A DNA stretch of 64,000 bases from Candidatus Oscillibacter excrementigallinarum (GCA_019118245.1 DWZJ01000085.1:2822-66821); one strand, 5' to 3'; counted from the stretch's first letter, positions 26,548 to 37,021 are shown. The notes: a model not told the origin generated them from the sequence alone. Translations and numbers: made by a program.

Positions 26548-26686
26548 GCATGAACTTGTAATAATAAGCATTATTTTTTCTGATGAGGTCGACCTTTCAA
26601 GCTGCCGCTTTGCAAATGGATCGGAATGTGATATACTCGTTGCGGTCAAAAAATCAGAAAGCCAGAAAGAGAGAGGTTGTGTGTCT

Positions 26687-28171
26687 ATGCCGGCCATCGG
26701 TTTTGACAATCAGAAGTATCTCACCACCCAGTCCGAGCAGATCAAAAAGCGCATCGCCCAGTTCGGCGGCAAGCTGTATCTGGAGTTCGGCGGCAAGCTG
26801 TTCGACGACTATCACGCCTCCCGGGTCCTGCCGGGGTTCGAGCCGGACAGCAAGATCCGGATGCTCCAGCAGCTGCAGGACGATGTGGAGATCCTCATCG
26901 CCATCAACGCCGCGGACATCGAGAAGAACAAGGTCCGAGGGGACCTTGGCATCACCTATGACGACGACGTGCTGCGGCTGATCGACATCTTCCGGGGCAT
27001 GGGCTTCTACGTGGGCGGCGTGGTGATGAGCCGCTACAGCGGCCAGGGGGCGGCGGACGCCTTTTTGAAGCGGCTGACGGCCCTGGGCATCCGGTGCTAC
27101 CGCCACTATCCCATCGCGGGGTATCCCTCCGACGTGCAGCACATCGTCAGCGACGAGGGCCTGGGGAAGAACGACTATGTGGAGACCACCCATCCCCTGG
27201 TGGTGGTGACGGCGCCGGGCCCCGGCAGCGGAAAGATGGCCACCTGTCTGAGCCAGCTCTACCACGACTACAAGCGGGGCATCGCCGCTGGCTACGCCAA
27301 GTTCGAGACGTTCCCCATCTGGAACCTGCCCCTGAAGCACCCGGTGAACCTGGCCTATGAGGCGGCCACGGCGGACCTGAACGACGTGAACATGATCGAC
27401 CCCTTCCACCTGGAGGCCTACGGCAAGACGGCGGTGAACTACAACCGGGACGTGGAGATCTTCCCGGTGCTGAACGCCATCTTTGAAAAGATCCAGGGGA
27501 CATCCCCCTACCAGTCCCCCACGGACATGGGGGTGAACATGGCGGGCAACTGCATCTGCGACGACGAGGTGTGCTGCGCCGCCAGCCGGATGGAGATCCT
27601 GCGGCGGTACTACACCGCCTGTGTGGAGCGGCTGCGGGGCAAAGCCGGGGACGAGCCGGTGCGGAAGCTGGAGCTGGTGATGCAGCAGGCGAACGTCACG
27701 CCGGAGATCTGCCCGGCAGTGTCCGCCGCCCTGCTGAAGGCGGAGACCACCGGCGGCCCCGCCGGTGCCATGGTGCTGCCGGACGGCCGGGTGGTCACCG
27801 GCAAGACCTCCGACACCCTGGGGGCCGCCTCCGCCCTGCTGCTGAACGCGCTGAAGGCCGTGGGCGGCATCGGCGACCAGTTCGAGCTGATCTCCGCCCA
27901 GGTGCTGGAGCCGGTGTGCCGGCTCAAGACCCAGTATCTGGGCCACAAGAACCCCCGCCTTCACACCGACGAGGTGCTGATGGCCCTTACCATCTCCGCC
28001 CTCACCAACCCCCTGGCGGAACTGGCGCAGCAGCAGCTGCCCAAGCTGCGGGGCTGCGACGCCCACTTCACGGTGATCCTCAGCGACGTGGATGAGAACC
28101 TACTGCGGCGTTTGGGCATCAACGTCAGCTGCGAGGCCCGGTACGAGACGAAGAAGCTGTATCATAAATAA
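26687..28171 (+). CDS. DUF1846-family protein (P-loop)
   Basis: GKLYLEFGGKLFDDYHASRVLPGF, TAPGPGSGKMATCLSQLY, KFETFPIWN, NYNRD; recognised family signature. Confidence 0.85.
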   Translation: MPAIGFDNQKYLTTQSEQIKKRIAQFGGKLYLEFGGKLFDDYHASRVLPGFEPDSKIRMLQQLQDDVEILIAINAADIEKNKVRGDLGITYDDDVLRLIDIFRGMGFYVGGVVMSRYSGQGAADAFLKRLTALGIRCYRHYPIAGYPSDVQHIVSDEGLGKNDYVETTHPLVVVTAPGPGSGKMATCLSQLYHDYKRGIAAGYAKFETFPIWNLPLKHPVNLAYEAATADLNDVNMIDPFHLEAYGKTAVNYNRDVEIFPVLNAIFEKIQGTSPYQSPTDMGVNMAGNCICDDEVCCAASRMEILRRYYTACVERLRGKAGDEPVRKLELVMQQANVTPEICPAVSAALLKAETTGGPAGAMVLPDGRVVTGKTSDTLGAASALLLNALKAVGGIGDQFELISAQVLEPVCRLKTQYLGHKNPRLHTDEVLMALTISALTNPLAELAQQQLPKLRGCDAHFTVILSDVDENLLRRLGINVSCEARYETKKLYHK

Positions 28172-28187
28172 GAGGGACGATGAGGGA

Positions 28188-29219
28188 ATGGGAGATCCGG
28201 TGACTATATCCTCCCGGACAGGGGGATACCAAAACCTCAGCCGTTTTCGCGGAGAGCTGATGGGGCTTGCGATGCTGTGGGTCATGCTGTTTCACGCATA
28301 CCCGTTCCGGTTTCAGGTCCGGATCCTGGACGAGATCAAGAGCGCGGGCTTTGCGGGCGTGGATGTCTTTATATTGCTGTCGGCAATGGGATTGTATGTT
28401 TCCATCAAAAGGATGGGCGGGCCCCTCCGTGACTTTTACAGCCGGCGGGCTGCCCGGATATTGCCCGCCTTCTGGCTGGTTGTGGGAGTGTACAGCCTGT
28501 GGCTGCGGCTGCAGGGCCGCATCTCCCTGACCGTGGCCGCCTGGAGTATGTCCACGCTTTATTACTGGTTTCATGTGCCGGGTACATTCAACTGGTATGT
28601 GCCGGCGCTTCTGGCGTTTTACCTGCTGACGCCCCTTTACGTCCGGATTTTTGACCGCTGCCCGCGGAAGGAGTGGATGACGGCGGCCATGTTTCCCCTG
28701 GCCTACGGCGTCTACCGGCTGACCATTCCTCTGGGGATCAATTATACAGAGGATTTTGTCAACCGCCTGCCGGCCTTTGCGCTGGGGATCCTGGCCGGGT
28801 ACTACCTATTGGAGGGCCGCCGGCTCACAGCCCGCCATGCCTTGACCTGGGGATTGCTGGCGCTCTGCGGCATATCGTTGGAAGTGCTTCGGAGACTGCA
28901 CGTGTTTTATATCTCGCCCTGCTATGTGATTGCCGGCGTTCTGATGGGATTTTGCCTGCTGGCGGCCAAGGGCATTTCCAGGCTTGGGGAGGGGCCGCGG
29001 CGGATCCTGCGGCTGCTGGGGTCATGCAGCCTGGAGATCTATCTTCTGAACGTCATCATCACCCGGGAATTCGACACGCTGGCGCCCCTGCTGGACCGGG
29101 GGCCCCGCCATCTCTTCTACTACGCCGTGGTATACACGCTGAACATTCTGCTGGCGCTGCTGCTGCACCGGGGGATCGAGGCGGTCCGCTCCCGCTGGAA
29201 GAAGCGGGCGGCCGCCTGA
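28188..29219 (+). CDS. acyltransferase family 3 membrane protein
   Basis: LMGLAMLWVMLFH, GVDVFILLSAMGL, RRAARILP, WYV, LGSCSLEIYL; multiple TM segments. Confidence 0.85.
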   Translation: MGDPVTISSRTGGYQNLSRFRGELMGLAMLWVMLFHAYPFRFQVRILDEIKSAGFAGVDVFILLSAMGLYVSIKRMGGPLRDFYSRRAARILPAFWLVVGVYSLWLRLQGRISLTVAAWSMSTLYYWFHVPGTFNWYVPALLAFYLLTPLYVRIFDRCPRKEWMTAAMFPLAYGVYRLTIPLGINYTEDFVNRLPAFALGILAGYYLLEGRRLTARHALTWGLLALCGISLEVLRRLHVFYISPCYVIAGVLMGFCLLAAKGISRLGEGPRRILRLLGSCSLEIYLLNVIITREFDTLAPLLDRGPRHLFYYAVVYTLNILLALLLHRGIEAVRSRWKKRAAA

Positions 29220-29262
29220 CGCCCCGGGCACCGCGGCCTGGCTGTTACGGAAAGGAATCACT

Positions 29263-31431
29263 ATGGACGCGATCATCCAACGCATTGCCCAGGAGCTGGA
29301 TCAAAAGGCGGAGCACGTGGAAAACGTGGTGCGCCTTCTGGACGAGGGCAACACCATTCCCTTCATCGCCCGCTACCGCAAGGAGCTCCACGGCGCCATG
29401 GACGACACCGCCCTGCGGACACTGGAGGAGCGCCTTCAGTACCTGCGGAACCTGGCGGACCGCCGGGAGGCGGTGAAGAAGGCCATCGAGGAGCAGGGCA
29501 AGCTGACGGAGGCGCTCTCCGCCGCCATCGACGCCGCCCAGACGCTGGCGGAGGTGGAGGACCTGTACCGCCCCTACAAGCAGAAGCGCCGCACCCGGGC
29601 CACCGCGGCCCGGGAGAAGGGCCTGGCCCTGCTGGCGGAGGTGCTGTTCGCCCAGGGGCCGGACTGCCCGGACCCGGCGGCGGAGGCGGCGAAGTACGTG
29701 GACCCCGAAAAGGGCGTGGAGACCGTGGAAGACGCCCTGGCCGGCGCCTCCGACATCATCGCCGAGACCATCAGCGACGACGCGGCCCTCCGCAAGACCC
29801 TCCGATCCCTGCTGGAGCGGGAGGGCAAGCTCTGCTCCCAGGCGGCGGGGGAGGAGGACTCCGTCTACCGGCTGTACTACGACTTCTCCCAGGCCCTCTC
29901 CCGGCTCCAGGGCCACCAGGTGCTGGCCATCAACCGGGGGGAGAAGGAGGGCTTTTTGAAGGTCCGCGTGGAGATGGATCGGGACCGGGCTCTGCAGACT
30001 GTCCGGCGCCACGTGATCGTCCCCGGCAGCGCGGCCATGGCGTTTGTCAAGGCCGCGGCGGAGGATGCCTATGACCGGCTCATTTTCCCGGCCCTGGAGC
30101 GGGAGGCCCGCTCCGTCCTGACGGACCAGGCGGACGAGGGGGCCATCGGCCAGTTCGCCCTGAATTTGAAGCCCCTGCTGATGCAGCCGCCGGTGAAGGG
30201 CAAGGTCACCATGGGCCTGGACCCGGGGTACCGGATGGGCTGCAAGGTGGCGGTGGTGGACGGCACCGGCAAGGTCCTGGATACCGCCGTGGTGTACCCC
30301 ACCTACGGCGAGCGGCAGGAGAAGGAGGCCATCGCGACGCTGGCAAAGCTGATCCGCAAGCACGGCGTGGAGCACATCGCCATCGGCAACGGCACCGCCA
30401 GCCGGGAGACGGAGCAGATGGCGGTGAAGCTGATCCATCAGGTGAACGAGGCCGGCGCCCACGTCAGCTATATGATCGTATCCGAGGCCGGGGCCAGCGT
30501 GTACTCCGCCAGCCCCCTGGCGGCGGAGGAGTTCCCCCAGTACGACGTGAACCTGCGGTCCGCCGTGTCCATCGCCCGGCGGCTCCAGGACCCCCTGGCG
30601 GAGCTGGTGAAGATCGACCCCAAGGCCATCGGCGTGGGGCAGTACCAGCACGACATGCCTCCCAAGCGGCTGGACGAGGCGTTGAACGGCGTGGTGGAGG
30701 ACTGCGTCAACGCCGTGGGCGTGGACGTGAACACCGCTTCGCCCTCCCTGCTCCAGCGGGTGGCGGGGCTGAACGCCACCACGGCGAAAAACGTGGTGGC
30801 CTACCGGGAGGAGAACGGCCCCTTCACCTCCCGCAAGCAGATCTTGAAGGTGCCCAAGCTGGGGCCCAAGGCCTTTGAGCAGTGCGCCGGCTTCCTGCGG
30901 GTGCCGGAGAGCAAGTCCGTCCTGGACAACACCGCCGTCCACCCGGAGAGCTACGGCGCGGCGGAGAAGCTGCTGGCCCTCACCGGCCACACCCTCACGG
31001 ACGTGCGGGACGGGAAGCTGGGGGACCTGAACGCCCAGATCAACGACTACGGCGTGGAGAAAGCGGCGGCGGACTGCGGCGTAGGCGTGCCCACCCTGCG
31101 GGACGTGGCGGCGGAGCTGATGAAGCCCGGCCGGGACATCCGGGACGAGCTGCCCAAGCCCATTCTCCGCACGGATGTGCTGGAGATGAAGGACCTGAAG
31201 CCCGGCATGGTGCTGACGGGCACGGTGCGGAATGTCATCGACTTCGGCGTATTCGTGGACATCGGCGTCCATCAGGACGGCCTGGTCCACATCTCCCAGG
31301 TGTCCAAGAAGTTCATCAGGCACCCCTCGGAGGTGGTGTCCGTGGGGGACATCGTGGACGTGGTGGTGCTGGAGGTGGATGAGAAGAAAAAGCGCATCAG
31401 CCTCAGCATGAAGCAGGTGAAGCAGGAGTGA
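29263..31431 (+). CDS. tex: Tex-family RNA-binding protein (YqgF/HhH/S1)
   Basis: GNTIPFIARYRKE, GLDPGYRMGCK, GNGTASRE, SIARRLQDPLAELVKI, C-terminal S1 domain. Confidence 0.95.
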   Translation: MDAIIQRIAQELDQKAEHVENVVRLLDEGNTIPFIARYRKELHGAMDDTALRTLEERLQYLRNLADRREAVKKAIEEQGKLTEALSAAIDAAQTLAEVEDLYRPYKQKRRTRATAAREKGLALLAEVLFAQGPDCPDPAAEAAKYVDPEKGVETVEDALAGASDIIAETISDDAALRKTLRSLLEREGKLCSQAAGEEDSVYRLYYDFSQALSRLQGHQVLAINRGEKEGFLKVRVEMDRDRALQTVRRHVIVPGSAAMAFVKAAAEDAYDRLIFPALEREARSVLTDQADEGAIGQFALNLKPLLMQPPVKGKVTMGLDPGYRMGCKVAVVDGTGKVLDTAVVYPTYGERQEKEAIATLAKLIRKHGVEHIAIGNGTASRETEQMAVKLIHQVNEAGAHVSYMIVSEAGASVYSASPLAAEEFPQYDVNLRSAVSIARRLQDPLAELVKIDPKAIGVGQYQHDMPPKRLDEALNGVVEDCVNAVGVDVNTASPSLLQRVAGLNATTAKNVVAYREENGPFTSRKQILKVPKLGPKAFEQCAGFLRVPESKSVLDNTAVHPESYGAAEKLLALTGHTLTDVRDGKLGDLNAQINDYGVEKAAADCGVGVPTLRDVAAELMKPGRDIRDELPKPILRTDVLEMKDLKPGMVLTGTVRNVIDFGVFVDIGVHQDGLVHISQVSKKFIRHPSEVVSVGDIVDVVVLEVDEKKKRISLSMKQVKQE

Positions 31432-31453
31432 ACCGGGACAGGAGGGGACGCAG

Positions 31454-32179
31454 ATGGCGGTTTGGGACCGCTGGCTCTGCGGCGGAGACAGCCTCGTTTT
31501 GACGCCGACGGAATGGAAGACTCTGATGGATGAGGCGTTTTCGCCCCTGCTGGAGCGGAAACTGGGGCTCTCCTATCTGGGAAGCTATTTCTGGGCGGGA
31601 CCCTGGGAGGATCACCGGCGGCGGATGGTGCGGGTGTTCCTGATCAACCAGAGCTCCGGCACTCTGCAGTGGGGCTGGGCCTTTGACTTCGCGCCGCACC
31701 TTTCCGGGAAGCGCCTGGCCTGGCACCGGACGGATCGGTCCGCCCGCCAGGATGTGTGGGAGGTATCCCCGGACTTTGTGAAGAGCACCGGCCCGGCCCG
31801 GGACCGGGTGACATTCAGCGCCTGGGGCCGGGATCACAGGGCGATCCTGCGGGAGCACCGCCGGGCGGCCCTGGCCCTGCTCCCGCAAATCCGGCGCTAC
31901 TATGCGGGGACTGCCCGGCCGGAAGCGCTGCTGCGGTCTATGGAGACAGCATTGGAGGATCCCTACGTTCGGTTTACCCAGGGGACGCAGCTGACCATCT
32001 CCGCCGCGTTTCTGGCGGCCGCCCTGGGAAGAACGGAGCATGGCAGAGAGCTGCTGGCCCAGCTGAATTTTTCAGAGCAGTATCAGGAGACGAGGCATCT
32101 GCTGGCGGAGCGGCTGGACAGGCAGCCACGGCTGTGGCCTGAGAAAGGAGAGATGGGAGATGATCCTGACCATCGATGA
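31454..32179 (+). CDS. hypothetical protein
   Basis: 241-codon ORF with SD (AGGAGGGG), same strand as the neighbours; no motif recognised. Confidence 0.6.
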   Translation: MAVWDRWLCGGDSLVLTPTEWKTLMDEAFSPLLERKLGLSYLGSYFWAGPWEDHRRRMVRVFLINQSSGTLQWGWAFDFAPHLSGKRLAWHRTDRSARQDVWEVSPDFVKSTGPARDRVTFSAWGRDHRAILREHRRAALALLPQIRRYYAGTARPEALLRSMETALEDPYVRFTQGTQLTISAAFLAAALGRTEHGRELLAQLNFSEQYQETRHLLAERLDRQPRLWPEKGEMGDDPDHR

Positions 32180-32546
32180 GGTGAACGACCTGCTGGACGA
32201 TATGGCGGACAGCTTTCCGGAGGCGCTGTTCGACGGCCTCAACGGCGGCATCAACCTGCTGGAGGAGGCCAAGCCGGACCCGGAGTTCCCGGAAGGGGAG
32301 ATGTATATCCTGGGGGAGTACTGCGACGATCTGCTTGGCCAGTACATCAACCTGTACTACGGCTCCTTCGCCGCCCTGGCGGCGCGGGAGGACTGGGACC
32401 GGGAGACCTGGGAGGACGAGCTGTACACCACCCTCTCCCACGAGCTGACCCACCACATGGAGGGCCGGGGCGGGCTCCACGCCCTGGATGACCGGGACGC
32501 GGAGGAGCTGGAGGAATACCGCCGGGAGTACGGCGGAGAGACATGA
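32160..32546 (+). CDS. small acidic zincin-like metallopeptidase
   Basis: HELTHH (HExxH), ILGEY, INLYYGSF. Confidence 0.8.
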   Translation: MILTIDEVNDLLDDMADSFPEALFDGLNGGINLLEEAKPDPEFPEGEMYILGEYCDDLLGQYINLYYGSFAALAAREDWDRETWEDELYTTLSHELTHHMEGRGGLHALDDRDAEELEEYRREYGGET

Positions 32547-32555
32547 CGCAAAAGG

Positions 32556-32587
32556 ACCGCCCCGTGCCGCAGGCACGGGGCGGTTTT
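32556..32587. terminator. intrinsic terminator between convergent genes
   Basis: ACCGCCCCGTGCC-GCA-GGCACGGGGCGGT followed by TTT. Confidence 0.75.
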
Positions 32588-32603
32588 GGTATCCGGAGGG
32601 GAA

Positions 32604-33377
32604 TCAGCCCTTGTCCTGCCGGATGATCCGGCGCAGGGCCTCGATGGCGGAGAGGATGGGCTTCTGGATGCTGTCGGTGGGATAGACGTCGGCGCTGGAG
32701 CGCTTGGACACAGAGCCGTCGAAATTGGTGGCGGACACCAGGATGGAGGCGGTGCGCACCCCCAGGCTGGACCCCACGGAGAAGAGGATGGACTCCTCCA
32801 TGGAGGTGCAGACGGCGCCGCCCCGGACGTAGCTCTGCCAGCGGCGGATCAGCTCGTCGGACACCGGCTTGGTCTCCGGCTCCGTCTGGGTGTAGAAGGA
32901 GTCCTTGGTGATGCTGACGCCCACCGTGGTGTGGAAGCCCAGGGAGACGGCGCTCTCCTCCAGGGCCTTCAGCAGCTGGTAGCTGGGCACGGCGGGGAAC
33001 TCCAGGGGCAGGTAGTGGCGGCTGGTGCCGTCCATGCGGACGCTGCCGCTGACCACCACGATGTCGCCGCACTGGACGTCGGCGCAGGTGGAGGCGCAGG
33101 TGCCCACCCGGATGAAGGTGTCCGCCCCGCACTTGTGGAGCTCCTCCACGCAGATGGCGGTGGAGGGGCCGCCGATGCCGGTGGAGGTGACGGTGACCCG
33201 CTCTCCCTCCAGGGTGCCCTCCCAGGTGGTGAACTCCCGCTTCCGGGTCACCATGCGGGGATGGTCCAGATGGGCGGCGATGAGCTCGCACCGGTCCGGG
33301 TCCCCGGGAACGATGGCGTAGCGCCCCGCCTCGCCCGGGGCCAGATTGATGTGGAGCAGTTTCTGAGAGCCTGCCAT
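32604..33377 (-). CDS. udp: uridine/nucleoside phosphorylase (PNP_UDP_1)
   Basis: LHI, PGDPDRC, REFTTW, TGIGGPS, IRVGTC, DSFYTQ, SMEES. Confidence 0.85.
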   Translation of the reverse strand: MAGSQKLLHINLAPGEAGRYAIVPGDPDRCELIAAHLDHPRMVTRKREFTTWEGTLEGERVTVTSTGIGGPSTAICVEELHKCGADTFIRVGTCASTCADVQCGDIVVVSGSVRMDGTSRHYLPLEFPAVPSYQLLKALEESAVSLGFHTTVGVSITKDSFYTQTEPETKPVSDELIRRWQSYVRGGAVCTSMEESILFSVGSSLGVRTASILVSATNFDGSVSKRSSADVYPTDSIQKPILSAIEALRRIIRQDKG

Positions 33378-33447
33378 GGGATCGTCTCCTTTTGTCGATG
33401 ATTGAAAGTGTCTGTGATATTACCGGAACGTTCTGCCGGGAAAGGGG

Positions 33448-35292
33448 TCAGCTCAGCTCGAACATCCCGTGGTAGAGCTGGTAATACTCGCCCCGCTGGG
33501 CCAGCAGCGTCTCGTGGTCGCCCCGCTCCACCACCTGGCCCTGTTCCAGCACGATGATGGCGTCGGCATTGCGGACGGTGGAGAGCCGGTGGGCGATGAC
33601 AAAAACGGTCCGGCCCTCCATCAGCTGGTCCATGCCCTGCTCGATCAGGGCCTCGGTCCGGGTGTCGATGGAGCTGGTGGCCTCGTCCAAGATCAGCACC
33701 GGCGGGTCGGCCACGGCGGCCCGGGCGATGGCCAGCAGCTGCCGCTGGCCCTGGGAGAGATTGGCGCCGTCGGCGGTCACCAGGGTGTCATAGCCCTGGG
33801 GCAGGCGGCGGATGAAGGAGTCCGCGTTGGCGATGCGGGCGGCCCGCTCCACCTCCGCCTGGGTGGCGTCCAGCTTGCCGAAGCGGATGTTGTCCGCGAT
33901 GGTGCCGGTGAAGAGGTGGGTGTCCTGCAGGACGATGCCCAGGCTGTGGCGGAGGGCGTCCTTCCGGATGTCCCGGACATCGATGCCGTCGTAGAGCACC
34001 TGGCCCCCGTTCACGTCGTAGAACCGGTTGATCAGGTTGGTGATGGTGGTCTTGCCGGCACCGGTGGAGCCCACGAAGGCGATCTTCTGCCCGGACTTGG
34101 CGTAGAGGCTGATGTCACGGAGGATCAGGTGGCCGGGGGCGTAGCCGAAGTCCACGTGCTGGAACCGCACGTCGCCCCGGAGGGGCACCAGCGTCCCGTC
34201 CGGCCGCTGCCAGGCCCACAGGCCGGTTTTTTCCCGGCAGGGGACCAGGCGGTCTCCCTCCCGCCGGACGCGGACTAGGTCTGTGGCGCCGTCGTCTGCC
34301 TCCGGCGGCTCGTCCATGGCGGCAAAGACCCGCTCCGCGCCGGCCAGAGCCGCCAGCAGCAGGTTGGACTGCTGGGTGAACTGGTTGATGGGCAGGGCCG
34401 CCTGCCGGACAAAGACCAGATAGCTGGCCAGGCTCCCCACATCGGTGGCGCCCCGCAGGGCCATGATGCCGCCCAGCACCGCCACGACGGCGTAGTTGAT
34501 ATAGGAGATGGTGACCACCGCCGGGATCATGGTGGCTGCGTAGCTCTGGGCGCCGGTGCCCGCCCGGCGGAGGGCCTCGTTCTTCTCCCGGAACTGCCGG
34601 AGGCTCTCCGCCTCGTGGTTGAACACCTGGACCACCTTCTGACCGGCCATCATCTCCTCGATGAAGCCGTCCAGATCCCCCAGGCAGGCCTGCTGCCTGG
34701 CGTAGTATGCGGTGCTGTGGGCTCCGCTGAAGCGGATGTAGCCGAACATGGCGGCGTATCCCACCGCCACCACCAGCGTCAGCCGCCAGTTGAGGAGGAA
34801 GAGGAGCGCCAGGGTGCCCACCACCTGGATGAAGCTCTGGATCACCATGGCGAAGCTGTTGTTCAGCGCGTCGGCGATGGTGTCCATGTCGTTGGTGAAG
34901 TAGCTCATCACGTCGCCGTGGCGCCGGGTGTCGAAGAACCGCAGGGGCAGGGTCTGGAGATGGGCGAACAGGTCCCGGCGGATGTCATAGAGCACCTTCT
35001 GGGCCGCCTTCACCATGGTCTGGGTGTACCCTAGGGCGCACAGGGCCCCCAGAGCGTAAATGGCGGCCGTCACGGCGACCCCCAGGACCAGGGCGTGGAA
35101 GTCCCCGTCCGTCAGAGTGTTGACCACCGGACGGATCATATAGGTGCCCAGCAGGTTGGCCAGGGCACTGATGGTCACCAGCACCGCCACGGCCAGCAGG
35201 AGAAACTTGTGCCGTCCCATATAGGCCAGCAGCGTGCGGACGGTGTGCCACAGATCCTGAGGCTTTTTACCGCCGGTCGGCTTCGCGGCCAT
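33448..35292 (-). CDS. ABC exporter, fused TMD-NBD subunit
   Basis: GSTGAGKT, LSQGQRQ, ILDEATSSID, IAHRLST; N-terminal TM helices. Confidence 0.93.
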   Translation of the reverse strand: MAAKPTGGKKPQDLWHTVRTLLAYMGRHKFLLLAVAVLVTISALANLLGTYMIRPVVNTLTDGDFHALVLGVAVTAAIYALGALCALGYTQTMVKAAQKVLYDIRRDLFAHLQTLPLRFFDTRRHGDVMSYFTNDMDTIADALNNSFAMVIQSFIQVVGTLALLFLLNWRLTLVVAVGYAAMFGYIRFSGAHSTAYYARQQACLGDLDGFIEEMMAGQKVVQVFNHEAESLRQFREKNEALRRAGTGAQSYAATMIPAVVTISYINYAVVAVLGGIMALRGATDVGSLASYLVFVRQAALPINQFTQQSNLLLAALAGAERVFAAMDEPPEADDGATDLVRVRREGDRLVPCREKTGLWAWQRPDGTLVPLRGDVRFQHVDFGYAPGHLILRDISLYAKSGQKIAFVGSTGAGKTTITNLINRFYDVNGGQVLYDGIDVRDIRKDALRHSLGIVLQDTHLFTGTIADNIRFGKLDATQAEVERAARIANADSFIRRLPQGYDTLVTADGANLSQGQRQLLAIARAAVADPPVLILDEATSSIDTRTEALIEQGMDQLMEGRTVFVIAHRLSTVRNADAIIVLEQGQVVERGDHETLLAQRGEYYQLYHGMFELS

Positions 35293-37021
35293 CGCCGTCC
35301 CCTCCTTTCATCTGGGATGCGTAGATCTCCTGGTAGATGGGATCGGAGGCCAGCAGGGAGTCGTGGGTGCCCACTGCGTGGACCCGGCCGTCCTCCAGGA
35401 TGACGATCTGGTCCGCCTCCATCACCGAGGTGACCCGCTGGGCGATGATGATCTTCGTCACATCCGTCAGCTGAGCCAGGGAGGCACGGATCCTGGCCTC
35501 GGTGGCGGTGTCCACCGCGCTGGTGGAGTCGTCGAAGATCAGGATCTTGGGGTGCTTCAGCAGGGCGCGGGCGATGCACAGGCGCTGCTTCTGCCCGCCG
35601 GAGACGTTGACGCCCCCCTGGCCCAGGTCCGTGTCCAGGCCCTTGGGCATCCGCTCCAGGAATTCGTCGGCGCAGGCCATCCGGCAGGCGGCCCACAGGG
35701 CGTCATCGTCCGCCGACGGGTCGCCCCACTTCAGATTCTCCCGGATGGTGCCGGAGAACAGGACGTTTTTCTGGAGCACGATGCCTACCGCGTCCCGCAG
35801 GGCCTGGAGGTCGTATTCCCGCACGTCCCGGCCGCCCACCAGCACCGCGCCCTCCGTCACGTCGTACAGGCGGGGGATCAGCTGGACCAGCGTGGACTTG
35901 GCGGAACCGGTGCCGCCCAGAATGCCCACCGTCTGCCCGGCCTCCATCCGGAGGTCCACGCCGGAGAGGGCATAGGCCTTGGCGCCCGCGTGGTATTTGA
36001 AGGAGACGCGGCGGAACTCCACGCTGCCGTCCGGCACCGCGGTCACGGCCCCCTGCGGAGAGGTGATGGCCGCCGGTTCGTCTAGTACCTCCGCGATCCG
36101 GCGGGCGCTGGCCAGGGAACGGGTCAGCAGCAAAAACACGTTGGAGATCATCATCAGCGAGTTCATCACCTGCATGACGTAGCTGAGCACACCGGTCAGG
36201 TCGCCCACCTGAAGCGTTCCGCCCAGGACCATGTTGCCGCCAAACCACATCAGCAGCACGGTGGCCAGATACATCACCAGTTGGAAGGCAGGCAGATTCA
36301 GCACCGCATAGTGGAAGGTCCTCTGGCTGGTGGCCGTCAGCTCGCGGTTGACGGCCTGGAATTTCTCTGCCTCATAGTCCCCCCGGACAAAGGCCTTCAC
36401 CGCCCGGATGGCGGCCAGACCCTCCTGGACCATGTTGTTCATGTGGTCCATGGACTGCTGCAGGCGGCCGTACATGGGGGCCACCTTCCGCACCACGCAG
36501 AACAGGATCACCGCCAGGGCGGGAATGCATACCAGAAACACCAGGGCCAGCCGGGCGCTCATCCAGAAGGAGAGGCCCACGCCCAAAATCAGCATCACCG
36601 GTCCCCGGGCAAGAGGCCGCAGGCCGCCGTTCACCGCGTTTTGGAGGACGGTGACGTCTGTGGTCATCCGGGTCACCAGGGAGGAGGTCTCGAACCGGTC
36701 CAGGTTCACGAAGGCGAATTGCTGCACCCGCTCATACTGGGCCTCCCGGATCCGGGCGCCCCAGCCATAGGCAGCCCGGGCGGCAAAGCGGGCGTACAGC
36801 AGCCCGGTGACCAGGGCCAGCAGGGCGCAGACACCCATCTGGACGCCCTTGTGGAGAATGTAGGGGATATCCTTTGCGGCCACGCCCACGTCGATGATGT
36901 CCGCCATCAGCACGGGGATCACCAGCTCGAAGGCGCTCTCCACCAGCACCATCACGGCGCCCAGCAGCAGGTCCCGGCGGTAGGGGCCCAGCAGCCCCAG
37001 CAGACGCTTGAGATCGTTCAT
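35267..37021 (-). CDS. ABC exporter, fused TMD-NBD subunit (heterodimer partner)
   Basis: GGTGSAKST (degenerate Walker A), VSGGQKQR, IFDDSTSAVD, IAQR; SSLVTRMTTD. Confidence 0.93.
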   Translation of the reverse strand: MNDLKRLLGLLGPYRRDLLLGAVMVLVESAFELVIPVLMADIIDVGVAAKDIPYILHKGVQMGVCALLALVTGLLYARFAARAAYGWGARIREAQYERVQQFAFVNLDRFETSSLVTRMTTDVTVLQNAVNGGLRPLARGPVMLILGVGLSFWMSARLALVFLVCIPALAVILFCVVRKVAPMYGRLQQSMDHMNNMVQEGLAAIRAVKAFVRGDYEAEKFQAVNRELTATSQRTFHYAVLNLPAFQLVMYLATVLLMWFGGNMVLGGTLQVGDLTGVLSYVMQVMNSLMMISNVFLLLTRSLASARRIAEVLDEPAAITSPQGAVTAVPDGSVEFRRVSFKYHAGAKAYALSGVDLRMEAGQTVGILGGTGSAKSTLVQLIPRLYDVTEGAVLVGGRDVREYDLQALRDAVGIVLQKNVLFSGTIRENLKWGDPSADDDALWAACRMACADEFLERMPKGLDTDLGQGGVNVSGGQKQRLCIARALLKHPKILIFDDSTSAVDTATEARIRASLAQLTDVTKIIIAQRVTSVMEADQIVILEDGRVHAVGTHDSLLASDPIYQEIYASQMKGGDGDGREADRR

